53,304 nucleotides of DNA. Origin: a virus (Duplodnaviria > Caudoviricetes). The notes below the pieces were generated by a model. That model had not been told where the DNA came from. It saw nothing but the letters and a program-made list of their open reading frames with translations, and did no database searches. Positions 53,029 to 53,304 of the stretch are shown here, piece after piece. The stretch covers positions 1-53,304 of the IMG/VR virus record IMGVR_UViG_3300018045_000005, one strand, 5' to 3'. Both the position numbers and the translations under genes were made by a program. Numbering within the stretch: the stretch's first letter is position 1; every line of letters starts with the position of its first letter.

Positions 53029-53304
53029 TTAAACAATATGACCTGCTTGACGCATTTGATCATCAGTCCAATTAGCACCTTTCAAGGCTTGATAAGTGAA
53101 ACCTTGTTGGATAGCTGTCGCTGTCATTTGCGGTTCTGCTGGTGGTACTGCCGCAACTGGTGGTACTGCACCTGCATTATTAACCATACCGTAGTCTGGT
53201 TGTACTGCACCTGCATTATTAACCATACCGTAGTCTGGTTGTACTGCACCTGCTGGTGGTACTGCACCTGCTGGTGGTACTGCACCTGCTGGTGGTACTG
53301 CACC
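53029..53304 (-). CDS. 3' part of the SSB-like gene that starts at 706 (repeat-rich linker plus short C-terminal domain)
   Basis: In frame across the join; (GAVPPA)n, (GAVQPDYGMVNNA)x2, ...GFTYQALKGANWTDDQMRQAGHIV. Confidence 0.8.
   Translation of the reverse strand, partial: GAVPPAGAVPPAGAVPPAGAVQPDYGMVNNAGAVQPDYGMVNNAGAVPPVAAVPPAEPQMTATAIQQGFTYQALKGANWTDDQMRQAGHIV
53163..53304. repeat. 39-bp x2 and 18-bp x3 in-frame tandem repeats
   Basis: gtactgcacctgcattattaaccataccgtagtctggtt x2, then ctgctggtggtactgcac x3. Confidence 0.92.

Noticed and set aside
1-53304. Alternative genetic code
   Set aside because: All core genes are full length under the standard bacterial code, and TAA, TAG and TGA all serve as stops.

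Overview
This window is an apparently complete, circularly assembled tailed-phage (siphovirus-type) genome of about 53.25 kb: bases 1-55 are identical to bases 53250-53304, and one gene reads in frame across that join. It carries a lambda/Chi-like head module (TerS, GpA-type TerL, gpW, portal, S49 protease with nested scaffold, decoration protein, gpE-type capsid). The long non-contractile tail module has a verified GGGAAG-type (GGGAAAG) -1 frameshift, a tail fiber and two large enzyme-like spikes. Lysis genes centre on an M23 peptidase. Replication genes include a family-B DNA polymerase, SSB, PD-(D/E)XK exonuclease, SF2 helicase, VRR-NUC nuclease and primase-helicase. Nucleotide and DNA-modification genes are ThyX, a Mom-like protein, an orphan NrdB and a MazG-like protein, and there are two divergent blocks of small unknown genes. 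I saw no integrase, tRNA or CRISPR array, so a lytic lifestyle is inferred; the NrdB type and sigma70 promoters suggest a gammaproteobacterial host. Most notable: a small domain present in circularly permuted order in the polymerase and in a separate gene; a C-terminal motif shared by two unrelated spikes; a candidate cosQ/cosN site far from the terminase genes; near-total avoidance of GCWGC; an orphan NrdB; a PagP-like outer-membrane barrel; and a family of 'WP' membrane proteins. All calls come from reading motifs by eye; no database searches were run.
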